Below, one piece after another: positions 1 through 13,439 of a DNA stretch of 64,000 bases; the stretch's first letter is position 1; every line of letters begins with the position of its first letter. The notes beneath the pieces were generated by a model. The model saw only the letters and a program-made list of their open reading frames with translations. It ran no database searches and was not told where the DNA came from. Origin of the DNA: Escherichia coli (GTDB taxonomy: Bacteria; Pseudomonadota; Gammaproteobacteria; Enterobacterales; Enterobacteriaceae); NCBI RefSeq assembly GCF_030384885.1, contig NZ_CP128613.1. The stretch is one strand, 5' to 3'. Both the position numbers and the translations under genes were made by a program.

Positions 1-136
1 ATTTGATACGTGCTTCGGGCAGGTGGAAACATTCGGCTAAACCAGAAAGGTACTCTTCACCATTCACTGCATCGATGATTGCAAATTTCAGTGAAGAACT
101 ACCGCAGTTCAGAACCAGTACTAACTTACTCGACAT
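1..136 (-). CDS. ackA: Acetate kinase AckA, N-terminal ~45 codons only; the gene continues beyond the window start
   Basis: Reverse complement of 1-136 translates [45 protein letters not shown], recognised as the AckA N-terminus; ATG at 134-136. Confidence 0.85.
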   Translation of the reverse strand, partial: MSSKLVLVLNCGSSSLKFAIIDAVNGEEYLSGLAECFHLPEARIK

Positions 137-473
137 GGAAGTACCTATAATTGATACGTGGCTAAAAAAACGTCAGGGAGCCATAGAGCGTAGCGCATGA
201 TGACACTGACATTTATGATTAACATCATGCACTGCAAATTTTTTTTGCATGATGGAAGAAATATCTTGAGTCTATGCCATTTTGCGTAATTTTCAGCCAA
301 TGGCATAATGTATATGAATTTGACGACTCAATGAATATGTACTACTTAGGCCTTCAGGCTGCTAAAGGATACCTGATAGTGGGTATGGAAGACAAAATGT
401 TTTGAACGTTGTCCCGCTGAGTTGTGAATTTGCACAAATTTTTGAATCTTTATATGTGAAGTTGAGGTGAAGC

Positions 474-929
474 ATGTCAACGCCGGATAATCGTTCTGTT
501 AATTTTTTTAGCTTGTTTCGCCGGGGACAGCATTACTCAAAGACGTGGCCGCTGGAAAAACGCCTTGCCCCGGTCTTTGTCGAAAATCGCGTTATCAAGA
601 TGACGCGCTATGCGATCCGTTTTATGCCGCCAATCGCCGTATTTACTCTCTGCTGGCAGATTGCCCTGGGCGGTCAGCTGGGCCCGGCAGTTGCCACTGC
701 GCTGTTCGCCTTAAGTTTACCCATGCAAGGACTATGGTGGCTGGGCAAGCGTTCTGTAACGCCATTACCTCCTGCAATCCTTAACTGGTTTTATGAAGTT
801 CGCGGTAAATTGCAAGAGTCTGGACAGGTGTTGGCACCCGTTGAAGGCAAGCCTGATTACCAGGCATTAGCTGACACGCTTAAGCGCGCCTTCAAACAAC
901 TGGATAAAACTTTCCTTGATGATTTGTAA
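474..929 (+). CDS. yfbV: UPF0208 inner-membrane protein YfbV (151 aa)
   Basis: 151-aa ORF with hydrophobic segments; position divergent from ackA as in the E. coli map; followed by a terminator hairpin. Confidence 0.85.
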
Positions 930-933
930 TTGA

Positions 934-1506
<573 letters not shown>

Positions 1507-1516
1507 GGAGGCCCAT

Positions 1517-2167
1517 GTGCGGTGCAAAGGTTTTCTGTTTGATCTTGATGGAACGCTGGTGGACTCCCTGCCTGCGGTAGAACGGGCGTGGAGCAACTGG
1601 GCCAGACGTCATGGGTTAGCGCCGGAAGAGGTGCTGGCTTTCATTCACGGTAAACAGGCCATCACCTCTTTGCGCCATTTTATGGTGGGCAAATCCGAGG
1701 CAGACATTGCTGCCGAATTTACGCGTCTGGAGCAAATCGAGGCCACGGAAACCGAAGGTATTACCGCACTTCCGGGGGCAGTCGCTTTACTCAATCATCT
1801 GAATAAAGTGGGGATTCCATGGGCCATTGTGACGTCTGGCTCCATGCCCGTAGCGCGAGCGCGCCACAAAATAGCCGGACTTCCCGCGCCAGAGGTGTTT
1901 GTGACCGCTGAGCGGGTGAAGCGCGGAAAACCAGAGCCTGATGCGTATCTCTTAGGCGCGCAATTGTTGGGGCTTGCGCCGCAAGAGTGTGTGGTGGTGG
2001 AAGATGCTCCCGCTGGCGTGCTTTCCGGCCTGGCCGCGGGTTGCCATGTGATTGCAGTTAACGCTCCGACAGATACCCCGCGCCTGAATGAGGTCGATTT
2101 GGTCCTCCACAGTCTGGAGCAAATTACTGTGACCAAACAGCCAAATGGCGATGTTATTATTCAGTGA
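1517..2167 (+). CDS. yfbT: HAD-superfamily sugar phosphatase YfbT (216 aa, GTG start)
   Basis: HAD motif I FLFDLDGTLVDS near the N-terminus; GTG at 1517 gives 216 aa; ORF track extends to 1472. Confidence 0.85.
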   Translation: MRCKGFLFDLDGTLVDSLPAVERAWSNWARRHGLAPEEVLAFIHGKQAITSLRHFMVGKSEADIAAEFTRLEQIEATETEGITALPGAVALLNHLNKVGIPWAIVTSGSMPVARARHKIAGLPAPEVFVTAERVKRGKPEPDAYLLGAQLLGLAPQECVVVEDAPAGVLSGLAAGCHVIAVNAPTDTPRLNEVDLVLHSLEQITVTKQPNGDVIIQ

Positions 2168-2185
2168 AACACCTGATCATGATTT

Positions 2186-2211
2186 AGCCCCGTCTCGTCG
2201 GGGCTTTTTTA
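2186..2211 (+). terminator. Rho-independent terminator after yfbT
   Basis: AGCCCCG-loop-CGGGGCT stem followed by TTTTTT. Confidence 0.7.
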
Positions 2212-2253
2212 TGGCAGAATCAAGTCATCCCCCTCAATTAACAAGGATAAGTT

Positions 2254-4086
2254 GTGAACGGTGAATTGATTTGGGTTCTTTCATTACTGGCCGTTGCCAT
2301 CGTCTTGTTTGCGACGGGCAGAGTGCGTATGGATGCGGTCGCTTTGTTTGTTATTGTCGCGTTTGCATTAAGCGGAACGCTGACGGTCCCCGAAGTATTT
2401 TCCGGCTTTTCCGATCCTAACGTTGTCCTGATTGCCGCCTTGTTCATTATTGGCGATGGTTTGGTCCGTACCGGTGTTGCCACCGTAATGGGGACATGGC
2501 TGGTCAAAGTGGCAGGCAACAGTGAAATCAAAATGTTGGTTTTGTTGATGCTGACCGTCGCGGGGCTTGGCGCGTTTATGAGTTCAACCGGCGTTGTCGC
2601 TATCTTTATTCCCGTGGTGTTAAGCGTTGCCATGCGTATGCAAACGTCGCCGTCGCGCCTGATGATGCCGTTAAGTTTTGCCGGGCTGATAAGCGGCATG
2701 ATGACGCTGGTGGCGACGCCGCCGAACCTGGTAGTCAACAGTGAATTGCTGCGTGAAGGCTATCATGGTTTTAGTTTCTTTAGCGTAACACCTATTGGCC
2801 TGGTCGTGCTGGTGCTGGGTATTTTGTATATGTTAGTGATGCGTTTCATGCTGAAAGGGGATACCCAGACCCCACAGCGCGAAGGCTGGACGCGTCGAAC
2901 CTTTCGCGATCTTATCCGTGAATATCGACTGACCGGGCGTGCGCGTCGTCTGGCTATTCGCCCCGGTTCGCCAATGATTGGTCAACGGCTGGACGATCTC
3001 AAATTACGTGAGCGTTATGGCGCTAACGTCATCGGTGTTGAACGCTGGCGTCGTTTTCGTCGCGTTATCGTGAATGTTAACGGGGTTTCTGAATTTCGCG
3101 CGCGTGACGTTTTACTTATTGATATGTCTGCGGCTGATGTCGATCTCCGGCAATTCTGTAGTGAGCAATTGCTGGAGCCGATGGTACTGCGCGGCGAGTA
3201 TTTTTCTGATCAAGCCCTTGATGTGGGCATGGCAGAGATTTCATTAATTCCTGAGTCAGAACTTATTGGCAAATCGGTGCGCGAAATTGGTTTTCGTACC
3301 CGTTACGGACTGAATGTGGTGGGGCTAAAGCGCAATGGCGTGGCGCTGGAAGGTTCGCTGGCGGATGAGCCTCTGCTGCTGGGCGATATCATTCTGGTTG
3401 TGGGTAACTGGAAACTGATTGGTATGCTGGCAAAACAGGGGCGTGACTTTGTGGCGCTGAACTTACCAGAAGAAGTGAGTGAAGCATCGCCAGCACACAG
3501 TCAGGCACCTCATGCCATTTTTTGCCTGGTGTTGATGGTAGCGTTAATGCTTACCGATGAAATCCCTAATCCTGTTGCCGCTATCATCGCCTGCCTGCTG
3601 ATGGGGAAATTCCGTTGTATCGATGCTGAAAGCGCCTATAAATCCATTCACTGGCCGAGCATTATTTTGATCGTTGGGATGATGCCGTTTGCTGTGGCAT
3701 TACAGAAAACGGGAGGTGTCGCGCTGGCGGTGAAAGGGTTGATGGACATTGGCGGCGGTTACGGGCCACATATGATGCTGGGTTGTTTGTTTGTCTTGTC
3801 GGCGGTTATTGGGCTATTTATCTCAAATACCGCGACGGCGGTGTTGATGGCTCCGATTGCGCTGGCTGCTGCCAAAACGATGGGTGTGTCGCCTTATCCA
3901 TTTGCGATGGTCGTGGCGATGGCAGCATCCGCCGCCTTTATGACACCGGTTTCTTCACCTGTTAACACACTGGTTTTAGGCCCGGGAAATTACAGCTTCA
4001 GTGACTTTGTGAAGTTGGGGGTACCGTTCACCATTATCGTGATGGCGGTTTGTGTGGTGATGATCCCGATGCTGTTTCCGTTTTGA
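2254..4086 (+). CDS. yfbS: Putative anion/divalent transporter YfbS (610 aa) with central cytoplasmic TrkA-C-like domains
   Basis: 610-aa ORF; hydrophobic N- and C-terminal halves flank a charged central region; GTG start in the ORF track. Confidence 0.85.
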
Positions 4087-4092
4087 CAAGAG

Positions 4093-4132
4093 CCTGATGT
4101 CGCATCCGGCGCTTATTGCCTGATGCGACGCA
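4093..4132. repeat. REP-like palindromic element between the convergent genes yfbS and yfbR
   Basis: GCCTGATG-containing imperfect palindrome (gcctgatgtcgcatccggcg ... gcctgatgcgacgc) typical of E. coli REP units. Confidence 0.5.
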
Positions 4133-4144
4133 GACTCCGGCTGC

Positions 4145-4744
4145 TTACAGCGGTGAATCCTGGCTAATCTCATCGAGCGAAAGATGGAAGCTGGGAACAA
4201 AGACTTCCATGAAGTAGTCCATCTCCTGGCTGCGGCGCGCTTCAAGCGTCGCTTCCAGTCGCGTTTTTGCCAGCAAGAATTCATTATTTCCCGCCGCGAG
4301 TTCTTCCAGACATTTCAGATATGCACACAGTGCATCTGCCTGTTTCACCAGAGATTTCTCTTCATCGCTGTATGCATGCTCGTCAATTAACGGCGCAAAG
4401 ATATCCCTCAGCTCTTCCGGAACCATATCGACCAGTTTTTGCTGAGCGATTTTTTCAATAGCCTTGTATTCCTGAGCGATTTGCGAATTGAAGTATTTCA
4501 CCGGAGTAGGGAGATCGCCGGTGAGAACTTCTGAGACATCGTGGTACATCGCCAGTAAAGCGATACGTTCGGCGTTGACATTACCGCCAAATTTACGATT
4601 TTTGATAGCTGCCAGCGCATGGGCGACCATCGCTACCTGCAAACTGTGTTCGGACACATTTTCCGTCCGCACGTTGCGCATTAGTGGCCAGCGGTTAATG
4701 AGTTTCAGGCGGGAGAGATGGGCAAAAAAATGGCTCTGTTTCAT
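4145..4744 (-). CDS. yfbR: 5'-deoxynucleotidase YfbR (HD-domain, 199 aa)
   Basis: 199-aa ORF with HD-domain signature ([13 protein letters not shown] ... [13 protein letters not shown]). Confidence 0.9.
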   Translation of the reverse strand: MKQSHFFAHLSRLKLINRWPLMRNVRTENVSEHSLQVAMVAHALAAIKNRKFGGNVNAERIALLAMYHDVSEVLTGDLPTPVKYFNSQIAQEYKAIEKIAQQKLVDMVPEELRDIFAPLIDEHAYSDEEKSLVKQADALCAYLKCLEELAAGNNEFLLAKTRLEATLEARRSQEMDYFMEVFVPSFHLSLDEISQDSPL

Positions 4745-4827
4745 AGTGACCTTACGTATGATGACATCATCAGGTCATTGTGGCGGGATAACACTGCCGG
4801 ATGCAATCTCCGGCAGTGAAATTAAGA

Positions 4828-6045
4828 TTACAGCTGATGATAACCAGAAAGGAAACGCGCGAACTTACTCAAAGACAGCTCGATATCATCAACACGTGGT
4901 AGCGTGACAATGCGGAAGTGATCCGGCCACGGCCAGTTGAATGCTGTCCCTTGAACCAGCAGGACTTTTTCCTGCAACAGGAAATCCAGCACCATTTTCT
5001 GGTCGTCGTGAATGTTAAAGCGTTTAGCGTCGATTTTCGGGAACATGTACAGCGCACCGCGCGGTTTCACGCAGGAAACGCCCGGAATATCGTTGATCAA
5101 TTCCCACGCACGGTTACGCTGTTCATAAAGACGCCCGCCGGGTGTAATAAATTCACTGATGCTCTGATAACCGCCCAGCGCGGTTTGAATGGCGTGTTGC
5201 GCAGGAACGTTAGCACACAGGCGCATCGAAGCCAGCATTTCCAGACCTTCGATGTAACCTTTAGCGTGTTTTTTCGGCCCGTTCAGCACCATCCAACCCT
5301 GACGGAAGCCCGCAACGCGGTACGTTTTCGACAGTCCGTTAAAGGTTATGGTTAGCAGGTCTGGTGCCATCGCGGCAATTGAGTGATGCTCGGCGTCGTC
5401 ATAGAGAATTTTGTCGTAAATTTCATCGGCGAAGATAATGAGATTATGCTGACGCGCAATCTCCACTATCTCCATTAAAAGCTCTTTGGAATATACCGCG
5501 CCGGTTGGGTTATTTGGGTTGATAATAACGATCCCACGCGTACGAGGCGTAATTTTAGCGCGAATATCATCAAGGTCCGGGAACCAGTCAGAGGATTCAT
5601 CGCAAAGATAATGCACCGCTTTACCGCTGGAGAGCGAAACCGCTGCGGTCCATAGTGGGTAATCAGGTGCAGGAACCAACATTTCGTCCCCGCTGTTCAG
5701 CAATGCCTGCATTGCCTGAACGATAAGCTCCGATACACCATTGCCGATGTAAATATCTTCCACGGTAACATCACGCATGCCACGAGCCTGGTAGTGCTGC
5801 ATGATGGCTTTACGCGCGGAGTAAAGCCCTTTGGAATCGCAATACCCTTGAGCGGTAGGCAGGTTGCGAATCACGTCAACGAGGATTTCATCTGGCGCGT
5901 CAAAACCGAACGGGGCAGGGTTGCCGATGTTCAGTTTCAGTACCTTGTTACCTTCTTCTTCCAGGCGTTTTGCTTCTTTCAGCACCGGACCACGGATGTC
6001 GTAACAGACATTCTCTAATTTGCTGGATTTTTCAATGGGGGACAT
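4828..6045 (-). CDS. alaA: Glutamate-pyruvate aminotransferase AlaA (405 aa)
   Basis: 405-aa ORF; class I/II aminotransferase fold with the PLP lysine region (TFNGLSKTYRVAGFRQGW). Confidence 0.9.
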   Translation of the reverse strand: MSPIEKSSKLENVCYDIRGPVLKEAKRLEEEGNKVLKLNIGNPAPFGFDAPDEILVDVIRNLPTAQGYCDSKGLYSARKAIMQHYQARGMRDVTVEDIYIGNGVSELIVQAMQALLNSGDEMLVPAPDYPLWTAAVSLSSGKAVHYLCDESSDWFPDLDDIRAKITPRTRGIVIINPNNPTGAVYSKELLMEIVEIARQHNLIIFADEIYDKILYDDAEHHSIAAMAPDLLTITFNGLSKTYRVAGFRQGWMVLNGPKKHAKGYIEGLEMLASMRLCANVPAQHAIQTALGGYQSISEFITPGGRLYEQRNRAWELINDIPGVSCVKPRGALYMFPKIDAKRFNIHDDQKMVLDFLLQEKVLLVQGTAFNWPWPDHFRIVTLPRVDDIELSLSKFARFLSGYHQL

Positions 6046-6961
6046 GAATCTTGACCTTTTTTGCTGTTATCGCCACTCCCTGCCGTGGAAGTCAGCTTAG
6101 AACAATGTACTCCCCCAGGACGGCGTTTTGAAGGTCTGCAGAATAAGATTTTGCAAGAGGGGAAGACTCGATTGTGCTGTTAATAACTTAATAATGGCAA
6201 AATAATGAGGTGTATATGCTTAGTAATTAATGTTATGTAGTGAATTGTTCTGATTCTTAATTGTGAGTGTGGTTTTTTTATCTGTAAGATAATTGTTTGA
6301 AAATGCCTCGTTTAAGAATTCACTAATGAATCGTGATGATGATATTTCCGCATTACGGAGAGTTTAACAGCGTGATGATTTCCGAGGTGTCGTAATGGGT
6401 GCAAGGTGTGAAACTATTGTTAAGCGGGATTAATGAATGAGGATGATGCTAATTAATTATTATTTAATATTCAAAAAGGTTTTGTTGTGCTTATTAATAA
6501 TAGAAGATTACTTTGCCTAACATAACATAACTTTGCATCAGATAATTCGCAATGACCCTTATAAATAAAAGGTTTTTGGGGTAAAATGCTCGCATAAATG
6601 ACGGATCCCTGCTCTTGATGCCGCCTCACCATTGCTGTTTGTACGTGTTCGCGTATGACCAGCGATGCTGCACGAGAGTGGAACAAGGACTCACATTTAC
6701 ATTTATACAAACACGCGCATGTCATAAATACAAAAGAGTGAGTAACTTAATAGATATGCGATTCCTGAAGATATATTCTGTGATCTACTTCAGGCATTAT
6801 AACGGAACAATGTGAGTCGCTTTTTTAGTGCAACTCATATGCATTTTTACTTTCGTCCGGGTTCCGGATGAAACTGCCAGGGAGGCACATTACAAATGGA
6901 ATTGCTTGTTTGTGTGTGCACAGCATTAACCAGCTCAGTACGAGCCGCCAGTAAGTGATAA

Positions 6962-7903
<942 letters not shown>

Positions 7904-7946
7904 TCGACGGACCATAGATAATTTCTAAGACAATAGTGTAAAAACG

Positions 7947-7986
7947 AGCCGCTGGGGGTGTTTTAAACCCCAGCGGCTTTTTTTTA
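7947..7986 (+). terminator. Rho-independent terminator after lrhA
   Basis: AGCCGCTGGGG-loop-CCCCAGCGGCT stem followed by TTTTTTTT. Confidence 0.75.
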
Positions 7987-8532
7987 GTAAAAAGCCTTCC
8001 TCGTATCGTGCAGAACGCACAAAACTGTTCATTTTTCAATCACCAGAGATTCACGTCCCGAACGCACAAATAATCGCCTGAAAAAAATCACCTGCTACAA
8101 TGATGTTAAAAAATACGTAAATTTGTTGCTGCGTTTTTGTTATGGAATGACAAAAGCGTGTCACAGATCAAGAAAATACTCTCTTTTGGGGGGAGGAATC
8201 GACACAAATTCCTGTCAAAATAGACCCGTATTTTTTCCATTGCTTCACAACGGACACGATTCAACAACATCTAATTATCCTGGAGTCGTCAAGGATCTGG
8301 GGTGAAAGGGCATTAAATGCTAATGGTGTTGATATTATGTAAACTAATGTGAAGAAACTTTTGTTAAAGTTGACAAAAGGTTATAGAAAGGAGTAAAAGA
8401 CCACATCAATTAGCTGTATAAAAGAGTTTCTACAGTGATTGTAAGGTTTTTTTTATTCCTCCCCATGAATCGATGTGGCGTCCATCTGCCGTGAAGAGCA
8501 GTGAATCTGGCGCTACTTTTGATGAGTAAGCA
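7987..8532 (+). promoter_or_regulatory. nuo operon promoter/leader region
   Basis: About 550 bp non-coding, AT-rich, immediately upstream of nuoA; individual sites not resolved by eye. Confidence 0.5.
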
Positions 8533-8976
8533 ATGAGTATGTCAACATCCACTGAAGTCATCGCTCATCACTGGGCATTCGCTATCTTTCTTATCGTTGC
8601 CATTGGCCTGTGTTGCCTGATGCTGGTAGGCGGTTGGTTTTTAGGCGGTCGCGCACGCGCGAGGTCGAAAAACGTTCCGTTTGAATCCGGTATCGACTCG
8701 GTCGGCTCCGCCCGCTTACGCCTGTCCGCCAAGTTTTATCTGGTGGCCATGTTCTTCGTTATCTTCGACGTTGAAGCGCTGTATCTGTTCGCATGGTCAA
8801 CTTCTATCCGCGAAAGCGGCTGGGTAGGCTTTGTGGAAGCTGCAATTTTTATTTTTGTGTTACTGGCAGGTCTGGTTTATCTGGTGCGTATTGGCGCGCT
8901 GGACTGGACGCCCGCGCGTTCACGCCGCGAGCGTATGAACCCGGAAACGAACAGTATCGCTAATCGTCAACGCTAA
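8533..8976 (+). CDS. nuoA: NADH-quinone oxidoreductase subunit A
   Basis: 147-aa membrane protein, first gene of the nuo cluster. Confidence 0.95.
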
Positions 8977-8991
8977 CCGCGAGGCATTAAG

Positions 8992-9654
8992 ATGGATTAT
9001 ACGCTCACCCGCATAGATCCCAACGGTGAGAACGACCGTTACCCCCTGCAAAAGCAGGAGATCGTAACCGACCCTCTGGAGCAAGAAGTTAACAAAAACG
9101 TGTTTATGGGCAAGCTCAATGACATGGTTAACTGGGGTCGTAAAAACTCAATTTGGCCGTATAACTTCGGTCTTTCCTGCTGTTACGTTGAGATGGTGAC
9201 TTCGTTTACCGCGGTGCATGACGTGGCACGTTTTGGCGCAGAAGTATTGCGTGCTTCGCCGCGTCAGGCTGACCTGATGGTGGTTGCAGGAACCTGCTTT
9301 ACCAAAATGGCACCGGTTATTCAGCGTCTGTATGACCAGATGCTGGAACCAAAATGGGTTATCTCAATGGGGGCCTGTGCCAACTCTGGCGGTATGTACG
9401 ATATTTATTCCGTTGTGCAGGGCGTCGATAAATTCATTCCGGTTGATGTGTATATCCCGGGCTGCCCGCCACGTCCTGAAGCGTACATGCAGGCATTGAT
9501 GCTGTTGCAGGAATCTATCGGCAAAGAACGTCGTCCGCTCTCATGGGTGGTTGGCGATCAGGGCGTTTATCGCGCCAACATGCAATCAGAGCGCGAACGC
9601 AAGCGCGGTGAACGCATTGCCGTTACCAACCTGCGTACACCTGACGAGATTTAA
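8992..9654 (+). CDS. nuoB: NADH-quinone oxidoreductase subunit B (N2 Fe-S cluster)
   Basis: 220 aa; conserved CCY...GxCxxxGG...CPP cysteine motifs. Confidence 0.95.
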
Positions 9655-9747
9655 TTTGCGCCTGTCGGCAAAGGGATTTTTCTTCGCTTATTCCTAAATC
9701 TATTTCGCGAAGCTTACTGCGCCGACAGTCACCACGGACCATTTGCA

Positions 9748-11550
9748 ATGGTGAACAATATGACCGACTTAACCGCGCAAGAACCCGCCTGGCAGACCCG
9801 CGATCATCTTGATGATCCGGTGATTGGCGAACTGCGCAACCGTTTTGGGCCGGATGCCTTTACTGTTCAGGCGACTCGCACCGGGGTTCCCGTTGTGTGG
9901 ATCAAGCGTGAACAATTACTGGAAGTGGGTGATTTCTTAAAGAAACTGCCGAAACCTTACGTCATGCTGTTTGACTTACACGGCATGGACGAACGTCTGC
10001 GCACACACCGCGAAGGGTTACCTGCCGCGGATTTTTCCGTTTTCTACCATCTGATTTCTATTGATCGTAACCGCGACATCATGCTGAAGGTGGCGCTGGC
10101 AGAAAACGACCTGCACGTACCGACCTTCACCAAGCTGTTCCCGAACGCTAACTGGTATGAGCGTGAAACCTGGGATCTGTTTGGCATTACTTTCGACGGT
10201 CACCCCAATTTGCGCCGCATCATGATGCCGCAAACCTGGAAAGGTCACCCGCTGCGTAAAGATTACCCGGCGCGCGCTACCGAATTCTCGCCGTTTGAGC
10301 TGACCAAAGCCAAACAGGATCTGGAGATGGAAGCCCTGACCTTCAAACCGGAAGAGTGGGGGATGAAGCGTGGCACCGAAAATGAAGACTTCATGTTCCT
10401 CAACCTCGGTCCGAACCACCCGTCGGCGCACGGTGCTTTCCGTATCGTTTTGCAACTCGATGGCGAAGAGATTGTCGACTGCGTACCAGACATCGGTTAC
10501 CACCATCGTGGTGCGGAGAAAATGGGCGAGCGCCAGTCATGGCACAGCTACATTCCGTATACCGACCGTATTGAATATCTCGGCGGCTGTGTTAACGAGA
10601 TGCCGTATGTACTGGCGGTAGAGAAACTGGCCGGGATCACCGTACCGGATCGCGTTAACGTCATTCGCGTAATGCTTTCTGAGCTGTTCCGCATCAACAG
10701 CCACCTGCTGTATATCTCGACCTTTATTCAGGACGTCGGCGCGATGACGCCAGTGTTCTTCGCCTTTACCGATCGTCAGAAAATTTACGATCTGGTGGAA
10801 GCAATCACTGGTTTCCGTATGCACCCGGCGTGGTTCCGTATTGGCGGCGTAGCGCACGACCTGCCGCGCGGCTGGGATCGCCTGCTGCGTGAGTTCCTCG
10901 ACTGGATGCCGAAACGTCTGGCGTCTTATGAGAAAGCGGCGCTGCAAAACACGATTCTGAAAGGCCGTTCCCAGGGCGTAGCCGCCTACGGCGCGAAAGA
11001 GGCGCTGGAGTGGGGCACCACTGGCGCGGGCCTGCGTGCTACCGGGATCGACTTCGATGTGCGTAAGGCGCGCCCTTATTCTGGCTATGAAAACTTCGAT
11101 TTTGAAATCCCGGTTGGTGGTGGTGTTTCTGACTGCTACACCCGCGTAATGCTGAAAGTGGAAGAATTGCGTCAGAGTCTGCGCATTCTTGAGCAGTGCC
11201 TCAACAACATGCCGGAAGGCCCGTTCAAAGCGGATCACCCGCTGACCACGCCGCCGCCGAAAGAGCGCACGTTGCAACATATCGAAACCCTGATCACCCA
11301 CTTCCTGCAAGTGTCGTGGGGGCCGGTGATGCCTGCCAATGAATCTTTCCAGATGATTGAGGCGACCAAAGGGATCAACAGTTACTACCTGACCAGCGAC
11401 GGCAGCACCATGAGTTATCGCACCCGTATCCGTACGCCGAGTTATGCGCATTTGCAGCAAATTCCGGCGGCGATCCGCGGCAGCCTGGTGTCTGACCTGA
11501 TTGTTTATCTGGGCAGTATCGATTTTGTTATGTCAGATGTGGACCGCTAA
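9748..11550 (+). CDS. nuoC: NADH-quinone oxidoreductase fused subunit C/D
   Basis: 600-aa ORF (or ~596 aa from ATG at 9760, MTDLTAQEP); N-terminal NuoC-like and C-terminal NuoD-like halves in one frame. Confidence 0.95.
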
Positions 11551-11552
11551 TT

Positions 11553-12053
11553 ATGCACGAGAATCAACAACCACAAACCGAGGCTTTTGAGCTGAGTGCG
11601 GCTGAGCGTGAAGCGATTGAGCACGAGATGCACCACTACGAAGACCCGCGTGCGGCGTCCATTGAAGCGCTGAAAATCGTTCAGAAACAGCGTGGATGGG
11701 TGCCAGACGGCGCGATCCACGCGATCGCTGACGTTCTGGGTATTCCCGCAAGTGATGTCGAAGGCGTGGCTACTTTCTACAGCCAGATCTTCCGCCAGCC
11801 GGTTGGTCGCCATGTGATCCGTTATTGCGACAGCGTGGTCTGTCACATTAACGGTTACCAGGGCATTCAGGCGGCGCTGGAGAAAAAACTGAACATCAAA
11901 CCAGGGCAAACGACGTTTGACGGTCGCTTTACGCTGCTGCCAACTTGCTGCCTGGGGAACTGCGACAAAGGGCCAAACATGATGATCGATGAGGACACTC
12001 ACGCGCATCTGACCCCGGAAGCGATTCCTGAACTGCTGGAGCGGTATAAATGA
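11553..12053 (+). CDS. nuoE: NADH-quinone oxidoreductase subunit E (2Fe-2S)
   Basis: 166 aa; cysteine ligands CDSVVC ... [10 protein letters not shown]. Confidence 0.95.
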
Positions 12054-13387
12054 AAAACATTATCCGTACTCCCGAAACGCATCCGCTGACCTGGCGTCTG
12101 CGTGATGACAAACAGCCAGTGTGGCTGGACGAATATCGCAGCAAAAACGGTTATGAAGGAGCGCGTAAGGCGCTGACCGGGCTGTCTCCGGACGAGATCG
12201 TCAATCAGGTTAAAGACGCTGGCCTGAAAGGGCGCGGCGGTGCGGGCTTCTCGACTGGCCTGAAATGGAGCCTGATGCCGAAAGACGAATCCATGAACAT
12301 CCGTTACCTGCTGTGTAACGCCGATGAAATGGAGCCGGGCACTTATAAAGACCGCCTGCTGATGGAGCAACTACCGCACCTGCTGGTGGAAGGTATGCTC
12401 ATCTCCGCATTTGCGCTGAAAGCTTACCGTGGCTACATCTTCTTGCGTGGCGAATATATCGAGGCGGCAGTGAATCTGCGCCGTGCCATTGCCGAAGCTA
12501 CCGAAGCAGGGCTGCTCGGCAAAAACATTATGGGAACAGGTTTCGATTTCGAACTGTTCGTCCATACCGGGGCAGGGCGCTACATCTGCGGGGAAGAAAC
12601 AGCGTTAATCAACTCCCTGGAAGGGCGTCGCGCTAACCCACGCTCGAAGCCCCCCTTCCCGGCAACCTCTGGCGTTTGGGGCAAACCGACCTGTGTCAAC
12701 AACGTCGAAACCCTGTGTAACGTTCCGGCGATCCTCGCTAACGGCGTGGAGTGGTATCAGAACATCTCGAAAAGCAAAGATGCTGGCACCAAGCTGATGG
12801 GCTTCTCCGGTCGGGTGAAAAATCCGGGTCTGTGGGAACTGCCGTTTGGCACCACCGCACGCGAGATCCTCGAAGATTACGCCGGTGGTATGCGTGACGG
12901 CCTGAAATTCAAAGCCTGGCAGCCAGGCGGCGCGGGCACCGACTTCCTGACCGAAGCGCACCTTGATCTGCCGATGGAATTCGAAAGTATCGGTAAAGCG
13001 GGCAGCCGTCTGGGTACGGCGCTGGCGATGGCGGTTGATCACGAGATCAACATGGTGTCGCTGGTACGAAACCTGGAAGAGTTTTTCGCCCGTGAGTCCT
13101 GCGGCTGGTGTACGCCGTGCCGTGATGGTCTGCCGTGGAGCGTGAAAATTCTGCGCGCGCTGGAGCGTGGCGAAGGTCAGCCGGGCGATATCGAAACACT
13201 TGAGCAACTGTGTCGATTCTTGGGTCCGGGTAAAACTTTCTGTGCCCACGCACCTGGTGCAGTGGAGCCGTTACAGAGCGCCATCAAATATTTCCGCGAA
13301 GAATTTGAGGCGGGAATCAAACAGCCGTTCAGCAATACCCATTTGATTAATGGGATTCAGCCGAACCTGCTGAAAGAGCGCTGGTAA
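12050..13387 (+). CDS. nuoF: NADH-quinone oxidoreductase subunit F (NADH/FMN binding, 4Fe-4S)
   Basis: 445 aa; glycine-rich [10 protein letters not shown] motif and C-terminal [10 protein letters not shown] cluster motif; 4-nt start/stop overlap with nuoE. Confidence 0.95.
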   Translation: MKNIIRTPETHPLTWRLRDDKQPVWLDEYRSKNGYEGARKALTGLSPDEIVNQVKDAGLKGRGGAGFSTGLKWSLMPKDESMNIRYLLCNADEMEPGTYKDRLLMEQLPHLLVEGMLISAFALKAYRGYIFLRGEYIEAAVNLRRAIAEATEAGLLGKNIMGTGFDFELFVHTGAGRYICGEETALINSLEGRRANPRSKPPFPATSGVWGKPTCVNNVETLCNVPAILANGVEWYQNISKSKDAGTKLMGFSGRVKNPGLWELPFGTTAREILEDYAGGMRDGLKFKAWQPGGAGTDFLTEAHLDLPMEFESIGKAGSRLGTALAMAVDHEINMVSLVRNLEEFFARESCGWCTPCRDGLPWSVKILRALERGEGQPGDIETLEQLCRFLGPGKTFCAHAPGAVEPLQSAIKYFREEFEAGIKQPFSNTHLINGIQPNLLKERW

Positions 13388-13439
13388 CCGAATTTCGATT
13401 AACGCTCAGTCTCTGACTGAGAAAACTGGAAGCATGCTA

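Noticed and set aside
3-200. 65-aa plus-strand ORF at the window start
   Set aside because: It overlaps the ackA N-terminus encoded on the minus strand, whose translation is clearly AckA.
6471-6815. 84-aa and 66-aa ORFs in the alaA-lrhA intergenic region
   Set aside because: Low-complexity, Cys/His-rich translations with no RBS context in an AT-rich non-coding region; more likely chance frames, although a small protein cannot be excluded.
8123-8305. 60-aa ORF upstream of nuoA
   Set aside because: It sits in the nuo promoter/leader region, with no convincing RBS and no protein-like composition.
10537-11460. 307-aa minus-strand ORF antisense to nuoC/D, and similar long antisense ORFs inside nuoG (14928-15890), nuoL (19255-20019), nuoM (20787-21731), menB (34160-35323), menD (32361-33011), menE (36729-37163) and arnA
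   Set aside because: They lie entirely inside well-supported conserved genes on the opposite strand; their translations are Arg/His/Gln-rich with no domain character, as expected for stop-poor antisense frames of GC-rich coding DNA.
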